Source of the DNA: Nitrosopumilaceae archaeon | Lineage (GTDB): Archaea; Thermoproteota; Nitrososphaeria; Nitrososphaerales; Nitrosopumilaceae | Direction of reading: 5' to 3' | Assembly (NCBI GenBank): GCA_965208905.1 | Contig: OZ242365.1 | Span: forward strand, 96,001-160,000 | DNA length: 64,000 nt | Shown here: positions 10,270 to 20,543 of the stretch, piece by piece | Numbering within the stretch: position 1 is the stretch's first letter | Layout of the letters: the number at the start of each line of letters is the position of its first letter | Notes under the pieces: generated by a model | The model's database searches: none | What the model saw: the letters and a program-made list of their open reading frames with translations, nothing else | Told to the model about the DNA's origin: nothing | Translations under genes and position numbers: made by a program

Positions 10270-13200
10270 ACGAAGCATCAAAATGGTGGCCAGTAATTCA
10301 TAATATACTAAAGAGTGAGGGCACGGCGCGTCAGCACCTCAACTCTTTCAATGACTTTTTGGAGACGGAACTTCAAAATATAATAAATGACGTAGGTCAA
10401 GTGGAGATTGAAAATGCCGAGTACCCATACAGGATACAGATGGGCCGAATAAAGTTACTGGAACCCCGCATGATGGAGTTGGATGGCTCCATCACTCATA
10501 TAATGCCCGGTGAGGCACGACTTAGAAACGTATCTTATGCTGCCCCCATAATGATGGAGACCATAGTTGTAGAGGAAGGTAAGATACTAGAGTCCAGATA
10601 CGTACACATCGGTGATATGCCCATCATGGTAAAATCTAGTAAATGCATATTGAATAATCGTACAGACAAGACCCTTATAGAATATGGTGAAGATGCTAAT
10701 GACCCGGGTGGCTACTTTATCATAAACGGCTCCGAGCGGGTCATTGTGGGCTTGGAAGATCTCTCGTATAACAAGATAATGGTGGATCATGAGACTGTGG
10801 GTGGCAACCCCGTGTATAAGGCCAAAGTATACTCTTCCATAACCGGCTTTCGTGCAAAATTGGAACTGACAATGAAGATGGATGGCCTAATTCTGGTAAA
10901 GACGCCTAACACGCCGGTAGACATACCGGTGGCCATACTGATGCGTGCATTGGGACTTGAAACCGACAAAGAGATTGCTGATACTGTATCACTAATAGAT
11001 GATATACAAGACCAGATGGAGACCTCGTTTGAAAAGTCCAGTGATGTATCTACCACAAAGGATGCCATAGTATACATCAGTAAGAGAATCGCCCCGGGCA
11101 TGCTTGAAGAGTTTCAGATAAAACGTGCCGAGACACTCTTGGATTGGGCCCTACTGCCACATCTGGGTAAGAAACCAGAGAATCGCCGACAGAAGGCTCA
11201 ATTTTTGGGTGAGGCCGTCTGTAAACTGTTGGAGCTGCGCATGGGCAAGATAATCCCAGATGATAAGGACCACTACGGCAACAAGGTGATAAAGTTTGCT
11301 GGCCATCTCCTCTCAGAGATATTTAGGACTGCCTTCAAGAACCTGATTCGTGATATGAAGTACCAATTGGAGAGATCTGGTCAAAAACGTGGAATCAGTG
11401 CAGTCTCTGCTGCCATACGACCCGGCATAATCACCGACAAGATGAATAATGCCATCGCCACTGGAAACTGGGGTCGTGGGCGTGCTGGCATAACACAACT
11501 GTTGGATCGTACCAACTACCTGTCTACGGTCAGCCATCTTCGTCGTATACAGTCACCATTGAGCCGCACACAACCCAATTATGAAGCACGTGATCTACAC
11601 TCTACACACTTTGGACGAATATGTCCTAGCGAGACTCCTGAAGGTTCCAACTGTGGCCTAGTCAAAAATCTGGCCCTATCGGCGATAATATCGGTGGACG
11701 GTCCTAGTGAAGAGATAACTGAAAAGATATACGAGCTAGGCGCCCTACCCTTTGATGAGGCAGGTACACTGCGAAGAGATGGTACGCGGGTATTTGTGGA
11801 TGGCAAACTGGTGGGTTACTATAAAGACGGTGATGAACTATCCTTTACACTACGTGAGTTGCGTCGCGAGGCCAAGATACATCATCATATTGGCATATCG
11901 TACCATCCGGCCGAGATGGAGGGTGCTGCTAACAGAATATATGTGAACTGTAATGCTGGTCGTGTACTGCGGCCACTCTTAGTAGTGAAAGATGGCAAAC
12001 CGCTTCTGGATGACTCCATTCTGGAGAAGGTGGATACTGAACTGACATGGAGAAATCTACTCTCCATGGGTGTCATAGAGTTGGTGGATGCCAATGAGGA
12101 GGAGAATACCTACATTGCCATGTCCCAGAGAGACCTCACAGCACAACACACTCACATGGAGATATTCCCACCATCAATTCTAGGAGCGGGGGCATCCACG
12201 ATTCCCTATCCAGAACACAACCAGTCTCCCCGTAACACCTATGGATCGGCCATGGCAAAACAAAGCTTGGGATTCTCCACACCAATAATGAACACCAGCA
12301 CGTATGTGCGTCAACACATAATGCTGTATCCACAGATACCCATAGTGAATACTAGGGCCATGGGTCTGTTGGGACTTGAAGATAGACCTGCTGGACAAAA
12401 TTGCGTTGTGGCAGTATTACCGTTTGATGGGTATAATATAGAAGATGCCATAGTACTCAGTCAGGCATCTGTGGATAGAGGATTGGGCAGAACCTTCTTC
12501 TTTAGGATATATGATGCCGAATCAAAGCAGTATCCCGGCGGCGAGCGAGATAACTTTGAGATTCCCAGCGCCGAAGATCGTATTCGTGGTTATAAGGGGG
12601 ATAGGGCATACGGCCTACTTGAACAAGACGGCTCTGTGGCATCCGAGTCCAAGGTGGAGGGCGGAAACATTCTGATAGGAAAGACCAGCCCACCTAGATA
12701 CAATCAAGAGTTTCGTGAAGTTGAGATGGTGGGCCGTGAACGCCGTGACACATCCATAGGTGTTAGACCATCTGAGAATGGCTATGTAGATACAGTAGTC
12801 ATGACACAGTCCAGTGAAGGTGGTAAGATGTACAAGATACGAGTGCGCGATATGCGTATCCCTGAGATTGGTGATAAGTTTGCATCAAGACATGGTCAAA
12901 AGGGAGTTTTGGGCATTTTAGCCAAGAATGAGGATCTACCATATACTGCTGATGGTATATCTCCGGATGTCTTGATCAACCCACATGCATTTCCCTCTAG
13001 AATGACGGTGGGGATGTTCATGGAGTCCATCTGTGGCAAGGCTGCAGCTCTACGGGGCAGTAAGTTTGATGGCTCTGCATTTGTGGGTGAAAAGATGGAC
13101 GAAGTCAGAGAAGCCATGGATGCAGCAGGCTTCCAATACTCGGGCAAGGAGATTATGTATGATGGACGTACAGGAAAACAGTTCCCCGTTGAGGTCTTTA

Positions 13201-13607
13201 TCGGAGTTGTATATTATCAAAAGTTACACCACATGGTGGCCGATAAGATTCATGCTAGGTCTCGAGGTCAGGTCCAAATGCTTACAAAACAACCCACAGA
13301 AGGACGGGCCCGGGGTGGCGGATTGAGATTTGGGGAGATGGAGAGGGACTGCTTGATAGCCTATGGCGCCTCTATGATACTAAAAGATAGACTCTTGGAC
13401 GAGTCAGACAAATCTGACATATTTGTATGTGAAAGATGTGGACTGGTTGCATATCAAGAACAGAAACACAACAGATACGTCTGCCGCGTGTGTGGAGATA
13501 AAGCAAAAGTTTCATCAGTATCTGTAGCATATGCCTTCAAACTATTACTTCAAGAGATGCAAAGTCTTAATGTGGCCCCCCGACTGCTAATTCGGGAGAA
13601 GGTGTGA
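10266..13607 (+). CDS. rpoB: RNA polymerase subunit B (Rpo2)
   Basis: GDKFASRHGQKG, GGLRFGEMERD, C-terminal zinc finger. Confidence 0.99.
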   Translation: MNEASKWWPVIHNILKSEGTARQHLNSFNDFLETELQNIINDVGQVEIENAEYPYRIQMGRIKLLEPRMMELDGSITHIMPGEARLRNVSYAAPIMMETIVVEEGKILESRYVHIGDMPIMVKSSKCILNNRTDKTLIEYGEDANDPGGYFIINGSERVIVGLEDLSYNKIMVDHETVGGNPVYKAKVYSSITGFRAKLELTMKMDGLILVKTPNTPVDIPVAILMRALGLETDKEIADTVSLIDDIQDQMETSFEKSSDVSTTKDAIVYISKRIAPGMLEEFQIKRAETLLDWALLPHLGKKPENRRQKAQFLGEAVCKLLELRMGKIIPDDKDHYGNKVIKFAGHLLSEIFRTAFKNLIRDMKYQLERSGQKRGISAVSAAIRPGIITDKMNNAIATGNWGRGRAGITQLLDRTNYLSTVSHLRRIQSPLSRTQPNYEARDLHSTHFGRICPSETPEGSNCGLVKNLALSAIISVDGPSEEITEKIYELGALPFDEAGTLRRDGTRVFVDGKLVGYYKDGDELSFTLRELRREAKIHHHIGISYHPAEMEGAANRIYVNCNAGRVLRPLLVVKDGKPLLDDSILEKVDTELTWRNLLSMGVIELVDANEEENTYIAMSQRDLTAQHTHMEIFPPSILGAGASTIPYPEHNQSPRNTYGSAMAKQSLGFSTPIMNTSTYVRQHIMLYPQIPIVNTRAMGLLGLEDRPAGQNCVVAVLPFDGYNIEDAIVLSQASVDRGLGRTFFFRIYDAESKQYPGGERDNFEIPSAEDRIRGYKGDRAYGLLEQDGSVASESKVEGGNILIGKTSPPRYNQEFREVEMVGRERRDTSIGVRPSENGYVDTVVMTQSSEGGKMYKIRVRDMRIPEIGDKFASRHGQKGVLGILAKNEDLPYTADGISPDVLINPHAFPSRMTVGMFMESICGKAAALRGSKFDGSAFVGEKMDEVREAMDAAGFQYSGKEIMYDGRTGKQFPVEVFIGVVYYQKLHHMVADKIHARSRGQVQMLTKQPTEGRARGGGLRFGEMERDCLIAYGASMILKDRLLDESDKSDIFVCERCGLVAYQEQKHNRYVCRVCGDKAKVSSVSVAYAFKLLLQEMQSLNVAPRLLIREKV

Positions 13608-13608
13608 T

Positions 13609-16600
13609 ATGTCCGTAGAGACTGTAAAATCAATTAACGGTATACGATTTTCGGTCTGGTCTCCTGCAGAGATACGTAAATACTCGGTGGCTGAGATAAC
13701 CGCACCTGAGACATACGATGAGGAGGGCTCGCCGGTACACGGTGGCCTGATGGATGGCCATTTGGGAGTTTTGGAACCGGGCCAGAGATGCCTCACATGT
13801 AACAAGACCACTGCTGAGTGTCCAGGGCACTTTGGCCGTATAGAGCTCTCTGAACCCGTTATGCACATAGCATTCATCAATCATATACACAGGCTATTAC
13901 AGTCCATGTGTCGCACCTGTTCTCGATTGAAGGTGCCACAAGAGACACTAGATGAGTTTCTGCGTATACGTAACAAACAGGCCGCATATGCCCTAATGTC
14001 ACAGAAGAAGATACCTGATCAAATAGTCGACAGAGCCCGCAAGGCTAAAGAATGTCCTCATTGCGGCGCACCACAACAGGAACTATTATTCACAAAGCCC
14101 ACTACATTTGTCGAAAAAACCGACGAGGAGGAGAACCGTCTGCTCCCCGGTAATATACGTGATCGTTTCGTCAAGATAACTGATGATGATCTCTTGTTGT
14201 TGGGATATGATCCCAGCACTGCTCGGCCTGAGTGGTTCATACTACAAGCCTTACCTGTACCCCCAGTCACTGTACGACCATCCATAATACTAGAGACTGG
14301 CATAAGGTCTGAGGATGATCTGACACACAAACTAGTAGACATAATACGAGTGAATCAACGACTCAAAGAGAGTAAGGAGGCAGGCACCCCACCTCTTATA
14401 GTTCAAGATTTAATCGACCTGCTACAGTATCACTCTACTACATACTTTGATAATGAAGTGTCTGGCATACCCCAAGCACATCATCGTTCTGGTCGCCCTC
14501 TAAAGACACTGACTCAACGCTTAAAGGGAAAAGAAGGACGTTTTCGAGGTTCATTATCTGGAAAGCGAGTAGACTTTTCCAGCAGGACTGTCATATCCCC
14601 AGATCCAAACCTGGATCTCTCCGAAGTGGGTGTCCCTGTATCCGTTGCGACTAAGCTGACTATTCCCGAGGTGGTCACTGAGTGGAACATTGAGAAGATA
14701 AAAAAATTAGTGATCAACGGTCCTAATACGTATCCTGGTGTCAACTATATAATGAGACCTGATATGATCAAAATACGCCTAGACTTTGTGGAGGATCGAA
14801 GTGGTATTGCTGATAATATAGAGGTGGGTTACGTGGTAGAGCGGCATCTAGCTGATGGCGATGTTGTAATGTTTAACCGACAACCCTCTCTACACCAGAT
14901 GTCGATAATGGCACACTACGTAAAGGTACTACCAGGGAAAACATTCCGACTACATCCATCTGTATGCCCACCGTATAATGCAGACTTTGATGGAGATGAG
15001 ATGAATCTACACGTGCCACAGAGCGAGGAGGCCAGGGCCGAGGCAATACTTTTGATGCAGGTACAAGATCAGTTGATATCTCCCAGATATGGCGGACCCA
15101 TAATTGGCGGCCTTCGGGATTTCATAAGCGGCTCGTATCTACTAACCAAAGACGATACAGTTCTACATGCAGATGAGTTCTCCAATTTGGCCATGTTAGG
15201 TGGCTATGAGGGCAAACTGCCCGAACCTAAAGTCCAAAATTCTGACGTGCCATTATACACGGGCAAGCAACTATTCTCACTATTCTTGCCCAGAGACTTT
15301 AACTATACAATGACATCAAAGTGGTCGAAGGGTACCAGCGGTGCAGAAAAAGATATTGTAATCAAGAACGGTCAGCTGATACAAGGCGTAATTGACAAGT
15401 CTGCCATTGGTGCTGAAGAGCCTGAGAGTGTCTTACATCGTTTGGCCAAAGATTATGACAACGCCACTGCCAAAAAGTTTCTCAACTCTGTTCTAATAAT
15501 AGTAAAGCAGTTCATCACGCACTATGGCTTCAGCTATGGGTATGGCGACTTGGTCATACCTGAAGAACGTAGACTATCAATCCTTGATGATATCGATTAC
15601 TCGTACTCACAAGTAGACTCTATGATACGGAGTTACAAAGATGGTAAATTTACCGCTAGTCGTGGAATGTCACTTAAGGAGACTCTGGAGTCAAAGATAG
15701 TTGGTGAACTTTCAAAGGCTCGTGACTCTGCAGGAAATGCTGCTGATAAGGCTATGGATGAGACCAACCCAGCTAGAATCATGGCTACAACAGGTGCTCG
15801 AGGCTCATCATTGAATATTGGCCAGATGGCTGGAGCACTAGGACAGCAGTCCCGGCGCGGAACTAGATTGGATGTGGGGTATAACAACAGGGCCCTGCCC
15901 CACTTTGTACAGAATGATAAAAATCCTGACGCACATGGCTTTGTTCGCGCCAACTACAGAGACGGACTATCCACATTGGAGTTCTTCTTTCATGCCATGG
16001 GTGGTCGTGAGGGGCTTGTAGATACGGCGGTGCGTACTCAACAGAGCGGATACATGCAACGGAGGCTCATAAACGCTCTGGAGCATATACGATTAGAGTA
16101 TGATAATACCGTACGTGATCCACATGGTCACATAATACAATTTCTGTACGGTGAAGATGGCATTGATGTGGCAAAGAGCGATCATGGTGAAGCCTTTAAC
16201 ATTGAAAGAAAGATAGAGTCTCAAAGAATGGTAGACTCCGGTCCGCCCGCCACCGAGGAGCAGATTGAAGAAGTGATCAACAAATATACAAAGACGTTCA
16301 ACCCACGTCTAAAAGAGACTGTAACAAAAGCAATACAGAACTCTAACCTATCCAATGATGGTATAGAGCATGTGTGCCGTCAGGGGTTGGAGTTATACAA
16401 CAAGGCCAAAGTAGAACCTGGCCAAGCTGTGGGCATAGTCACTGCCCAATCAATAGGTGAACCTGGTACTCAAATGACTCTACGTACTTTCCACTTTGCG
16501 GGAATTCGAGAACGCAATGTTACTCTGGGATTGCCAAGATTGATAGAACTAGTAGATGCGCGTAAAAACCCAAACACCCCCATCATGGACATATCTTTAG

Positions 16601-17412
16601 ATGAGGAGTCGTCCACCTCCAAAGACGCAGCGTTATCTGTAGCAAAGAATATCATGCAGACGCGTCTATCTGATGTTGTCCTGGATACAGAGACTGACTA
16701 TCTCACATGGATCAGATTTACGCTAAACGAGAGGATTATGAAAGCCAGAGACATCACCATGGATGACATACTAGAGATACTATCATCTAGTAAAAAGTTC
16801 ACCATAGAGACATCGCCAATGCAACTACTGCTGCGACTCACCGAAGAGTCGGATGCTTCGGCAGTCATAACCCTACGCGACAAGTTAAAAAAGACACTTA
16901 TCAAAGGGGTTGCCAATGTTGGCAGAGTATCCTTGGTGCAGAAAGGAGATAAATGGATGATACAGACTATTGGTTCTAACCTCTCCAAAATATTGACTGT
17001 CGCTGGAGTTGCCAACACCCGTGTCAAGACTAATAATGTATTTGAGATTGCCGAGACACTGGGCATAGAGGCGGCTCGTAACTCTCTGATATACGAGATA
17101 CATAATACACTTGAAGATCAGGGCTTGGAGGTTGATGTTCGATATATAATGTTGGTGGCTGATTTGATGTGTGCGCAAGGCCACATGCAACAGATAGGCC
17201 GACACGGTGTGGCTGGCACAAAAGATAGTGTGCTAGCCCGAGCTGCATTTGAGATTACAGTACCCACTATAGCTCATGCTGCATTGGCCGGAGAGGTGGA
17301 GAATCTACGCGGCGTAACTGAAAACGTAATTGTTGGTAGTGACATCCCCATTGGAAGTGGAACTGTGGACTTGTACATGCATGTCAACAAGAAGCGTGAC
17401 ACTGACAAATAA
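13609..17412 (+). CDS. rpoA: RNA polymerase subunit A (unsplit A'+A'', Rpo1)
   Basis: NADFDGDEMN catalytic motif and A'' motifs (GEPGTQMTLRTFH) in one ORF. Confidence 0.99.
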   Translation: MSVETVKSINGIRFSVWSPAEIRKYSVAEITAPETYDEEGSPVHGGLMDGHLGVLEPGQRCLTCNKTTAECPGHFGRIELSEPVMHIAFINHIHRLLQSMCRTCSRLKVPQETLDEFLRIRNKQAAYALMSQKKIPDQIVDRARKAKECPHCGAPQQELLFTKPTTFVEKTDEEENRLLPGNIRDRFVKITDDDLLLLGYDPSTARPEWFILQALPVPPVTVRPSIILETGIRSEDDLTHKLVDIIRVNQRLKESKEAGTPPLIVQDLIDLLQYHSTTYFDNEVSGIPQAHHRSGRPLKTLTQRLKGKEGRFRGSLSGKRVDFSSRTVISPDPNLDLSEVGVPVSVATKLTIPEVVTEWNIEKIKKLVINGPNTYPGVNYIMRPDMIKIRLDFVEDRSGIADNIEVGYVVERHLADGDVVMFNRQPSLHQMSIMAHYVKVLPGKTFRLHPSVCPPYNADFDGDEMNLHVPQSEEARAEAILLMQVQDQLISPRYGGPIIGGLRDFISGSYLLTKDDTVLHADEFSNLAMLGGYEGKLPEPKVQNSDVPLYTGKQLFSLFLPRDFNYTMTSKWSKGTSGAEKDIVIKNGQLIQGVIDKSAIGAEEPESVLHRLAKDYDNATAKKFLNSVLIIVKQFITHYGFSYGYGDLVIPEERRLSILDDIDYSYSQVDSMIRSYKDGKFTASRGMSLKETLESKIVGELSKARDSAGNAADKAMDETNPARIMATTGARGSSLNIGQMAGALGQQSRRGTRLDVGYNNRALPHFVQNDKNPDAHGFVRANYRDGLSTLEFFFHAMGGREGLVDTAVRTQQSGYMQRRLINALEHIRLEYDNTVRDPHGHIIQFLYGEDGIDVAKSDHGEAFNIERKIESQRMVDSGPPATEEQIEEVINKYTKTFNPRLKETVTKAIQNSNLSNDGIEHVCRQGLELYNKAKVEPGQAVGIVTAQSIGEPGTQMTLRTFHFAGIRERNVTLGLPRLIELVDARKNPNTPIMDISLDEESSTSKDAALSVAKNIMQTRLSDVVLDTETDYLTWIRFTLNERIMKARDITMDDILEILSSSKKFTIETSPMQLLLRLTEESDASAVITLRDKLKKTLIKGVANVGRVSLVQKGDKWMIQTIGSNLSKILTVAGVANTRVKTNNVFEIAETLGIEAARNSLIYEIHNTLEDQGLEVDVRYIMLVADLMCAQGHMQQIGRHGVAGTKDSVLARAAFEITVPTIAHAALAGEVENLRGVTENVIVGSDIPIGSGTVDLYMHVNKKRDTDK

Positions 17413-17443
17413 TTATATTTGAAACACATATTGTATAGAACGT

Positions 17444-17548
17444 AGCCCGATAGTCTAGCGGTCAATTGAATTCAGGCCAATGATCTCGCGCTCTGGACAT
17501 GATACAGAGGGATACGCGGGGACGGCAGTTCGAATCTGCCTCGGGCTA
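17444..17548 (+). tRNA. tRNA-Gln(CTG) with two introns (~17466-17480 in D-arm; 17497-17513 at canonical 37/38)
   Basis: Acceptor AGCCCGA/TCGGGCT+A, T-arm GGCAG-TTCGAAT-CTGCC, anticodon stem TCGCG/CGCGG; removing 15+17 nt gives a 73-nt cloverleaf. Confidence 0.85.
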
Positions 17549-17593
17549 TCTTTATTGTTTGGAGCTACGAAATATTTGAACTGTATCTATTTT

Positions 17594-18193
17594 TTATCTG
17601 GATGCTAGAGCTATACGTTCTAACTCATTCTTCTTTTTGACCGAAGGGGCTGCTGGATCGTTCTTTGATGCCAATATCAGGTGTTCTGCCATCCATTCTT
17701 CCACCGGCTTTGGATTGGCGTACGCTTTCTCTTTGATGCCATCAGCAATAAACCGTAGCGCTAAATCCACTCGGCGAATGGGCGCCACATCCACAGATAG
17801 GTGATATGTGGTACCGCCGTATACAATACGGGTGGTATCCTCGTTTGGTGCAGAATTTTCAATGGCCCTAACAAGCACTTCGATGGGATTTTTTCCTGTC
17901 TTTAATGATATTATCTCAAAGGATGTCTTTACTGTGTTGATGGCGCGGGTCTTTTTACCTGCCATTCGACCAGTATTCTTTGCATACCGCTTACCAAAAT
18001 GCATTATTTTGTTGCATAATCGTTCTACTATGTTGACATCGGCCTTGTTGTACCTCTTTAGGGCGGAGCGACCAAATGTATATGGAAGTATCTGCTTGCG
18101 CAGAGAGATGGATGTCTTTAGACCTGGATCTCTAATCTCTATATTGCTTGTGTCGTATTTGCGAAACAGAAGCATATTGTTGGGCTCGCTCAT
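17594..18193 (-). CDS. rps7: 30S ribosomal protein S7
   Basis: IVERL, NPIEVLVRAIEN, VDVAPIRRVD, ERIALASR. Confidence 0.97.
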   Translation of the reverse strand: MSEPNNMLLFRKYDTSNIEIRDPGLKTSISLRKQILPYTFGRSALKRYNKADVNIVERLCNKIMHFGKRYAKNTGRMAGKKTRAINTVKTSFEIISLKTGKNPIEVLVRAIENSAPNEDTTRIVYGGTTYHLSVDVAPIRRVDLALRFIADGIKEKAYANPKPVEEWMAEHLILASKNDPAAPSVKKKNELERIALASR

Positions 18194-18198
18194 TATCT

Positions 18199-18636
18199 CT
18201 ACCTTCTGGGCTTCTCCTTCTTACCCGTAACTAGTTCATGTAACGATGTTCCATTCACTTTAAAGACTTTGAATCGAACACCGGGTATATCTCCCATGGC
18301 ACCTCCTTGAGTGGCGCCCATACCTTGTATGTGAACCTCATCATGCTCATCAATAAAGTTCAGTGCACCATCTCGTGGCAAAAATGCCGATACTGACTTG
18401 CCATTCTTTATGAGTTGCACCCGCACGCATTTCCTTACCGCCGAGTTTGGTTGCTTGGCGGCAACACCTATCTTCTCTAAAACTATTCCTCTGGCCTGGG
18501 GGGCGCCTGCCAATGGATCTGCCTTTTTGTCTATACCTAACTTACGACGTTTATAGGATGATATGGCCCAGCGTTGCTTCATTCTCTTTGTTTTGAGAAC
18601 TCGACCTGCAAATAATCCTAAAGGCGACTTTGTCAT
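18199..18636 (-). CDS. rps12: 30S ribosomal protein S12
   Basis: [26 protein letters not shown]. Confidence 0.98.
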   Translation of the reverse strand: MTKSPLGLFAGRVLKTKRMKQRWAISSYKRRKLGIDKKADPLAGAPQARGIVLEKIGVAAKQPNSAVRKCVRVQLIKNGKSVSAFLPRDGALNFIDEHDEVHIQGMGATQGGAMGDIPGVRFKVFKVNGTSLHELVTGKKEKPRR

Positions 18637-18640
18637 GCTA

Positions 18641-19102
18641 TCACTCTAACAATTGTTTTGGAGGGCTATTTATCATTACGTATCCGATATCAAAGTAGCG
18701 TTTGACCAATAACCGTGCCTTTTCGGCATTTTTACCCTCGCGGCCTACGACTATGCCCTTTTTACCTGCCTCCACAGTCACCAGGGCCTGTTTTGTACCG
18801 TCAGGCCGTAAAGTTATCTTGACATCATGTACCAGTTCCTTATTCAACATATTTTTTAAGAATTTTTCTGGCTCTTTGTGAAATTCTACAAGCTCAATAT
18901 TTCGTTTGATCAAATTTTTGAGCGACTTTATGTTGACTCCGCCACGGCCTATTGCCAGACCCATCTTGTCAGCCTCTACCACAAATATCACCCTATCCTT
19001 CTTCTCATCATCGATACAGTCACGCGCGGTGGACTTTGTGACTTTTTGGAATAATGACATCATTCTTATCTGTTCGCTGGTGAGTCTTATAGCCTGCATC
19101 AT
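18641..19102 (-). CDS. nusA: Archaeal NusA-like KH-domain transcription factor
   Basis: MGLAIGRGG and [12 protein letters not shown] motifs; lies between L30e and S12. Confidence 0.93.
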   Translation of the reverse strand: MMQAIRLTSEQIRMMSLFQKVTKSTARDCIDDEKKDRVIFVVEADKMGLAIGRGGVNIKSLKNLIKRNIELVEFHKEPEKFLKNMLNKELVHDVKITLRPDGTKQALVTVEAGKKGIVVGREGKNAEKARLLVKRYFDIGYVMINSPPKQLLE

Positions 19103-19146
19103 ATATCCCGACTAATTCCACACCTGTATATATATAATGTTCAATA

Positions 19147-19449
19147 TTATTTATTCTCCCTTAGTATTGACTGTACAATGGAACTATTTACATCCGTTAA
19201 TGATAGTGCCGAGACTCGAAATTGTAAACCACACATCTTTCCTAGCGCCACGGATGTGCCATCAAACCGTAATGTTGGCACATTGGCCTCTTGCGCACTC
19301 TTCTCTATCTTGTCTAGTTCTGAGTTTGTCCGATTAGACAGTATCACCAAACTGGAATTTGACGCTGAACTTGCTACTTGCTTGATACCCAAAACCAGCT
19401 GTTTCTCTTTTACGGCATCCTTTAATGTCTTGTTTAGTAGCTTTTGCAT
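19147..19449 (-). CDS. rpl30e: 50S ribosomal protein L30e (L7Ae/L30e family)
   Basis: LVLGIKQV, GTSVALGKMCG; canonical position upstream of nusA. Confidence 0.88.
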   Translation of the reverse strand: MQKLLNKTLKDAVKEKQLVLGIKQVASSASNSSLVILSNRTNSELDKIEKSAQEANVPTLRFDGTSVALGKMCGLQFRVSALSLTDVNSSIVQSILRENK

Positions 19450-19499
19450 ACGCTATGGTGAAATTTATTGAATTTAAAGTTTGGTAATTAAAACCGTTT

Positions 19500-20513
19500 T
19501 TATGCTTTTGCAACCTTTAAGAGGTCTGACATTTTTATATCCATACCAAACCTGTCTTCGTTCTTTTTCATGTATCTATAGATGGATATGACATCTAAAA
19601 TAGAGTAAAGCATGTTGAATCTATGGTGAATCTTATTTTGTACAAATTTAAACACAGTATCGTATATTTTGTAGTGCTGTTCAACGGCCACTTCATATGC
19701 CTGAAAATCATCCATATTCTTTAATAATATCTCAACACACTGCATACTGGGTATTATTCCCTCTCCTAGTAATGCATATACAGTTCCAATGGACTCTCCT
19801 GCTCCTACTACCTTACCTGAGTAGTAAGGCTTACAATGGCCCGGTGTAGCTAAACGGATGGGGCGGCCTTTTGTAGCCAATATCTTGCCTCCATACTTTT
19901 TTAGGAATGCGTCAGTTGCCTTTACATGATTCTTTTTGTAGTCCCCTGCTCCAATATGCGCCATATTATTCCCCAATGGAAAGTACCAAAAATACCCAGA
20001 CATTCCTGGAAATGGTTCTATGTAGAAATCATCAAATGGAACCCCATTCTCATATACGACCTTGTACTCATATGTGGGAAGAAAAAAATCTTTTTTTAGT
20101 TTTGGCAGGTAACCACGATGAAACCCTGTGCAATCTACAATCATATCGTACTCCTCATTCAACCAATCTAGTTTGGGGGCTTGGCCATATACGACCTCTG
20201 AATCACGAATAAAGTCTTGAATGAGTCCCAGTTTATTATACGTACATAGCCCCTTTAACCCAATACCAAACTCTACATTGTTGCTCATCTTGACATCCAT
20301 GCGACTACCATCATGTATTAAGAAATCATCAAAGTTTCGATTGGTCTTTCTGCAATACTCTTCTAGTACGGGCTTTATTGTTCCCCATGCGCATATGGAG
20401 TCATGGCGCTGTTGCGTACTTCGCTCGTATCCCACGACATGGTGTTTAGAGTTGTGTAGGCGCGCCATCAAATAACTACCTGCCACACCCATCCCCATTA
20501 CGGCTATCTTCAT
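19500..20513 (-). CDS. FAD-dependent oxidoreductase (geranylgeranyl reductase-like)
   Basis: GMGVAG Rossmann motif, GYFWYFP, GESIG..GEGI. Confidence 0.85.
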   Translation of the reverse strand: MKIAVMGMGVAGSYLMARLHNSKHHVVGYERSTQQRHDSICAWGTIKPVLEEYCRKTNRNFDDFLIHDGSRMDVKMSNNVEFGIGLKGLCTYNKLGLIQDFIRDSEVVYGQAPKLDWLNEEYDMIVDCTGFHRGYLPKLKKDFFLPTYEYKVVYENGVPFDDFYIEPFPGMSGYFWYFPLGNNMAHIGAGDYKKNHVKATDAFLKKYGGKILATKGRPIRLATPGHCKPYYSGKVVGAGESIGTVYALLGEGIIPSMQCVEILLKNMDDFQAYEVAVEQHYKIYDTVFKFVQNKIHHRFNMLYSILDVISIYRYMKKNEDRFGMDIKMSDLLKVAKA

Positions 20514-20543
20514 GAGCTCAGTCTACCTTGCACCTAATAAAAA

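Noticed and set aside
13609-17412. Fused RNA polymerase A'/A'' subunit
   Set aside because: Normal state in Thaumarchaeota; useful only as a taxonomic marker.
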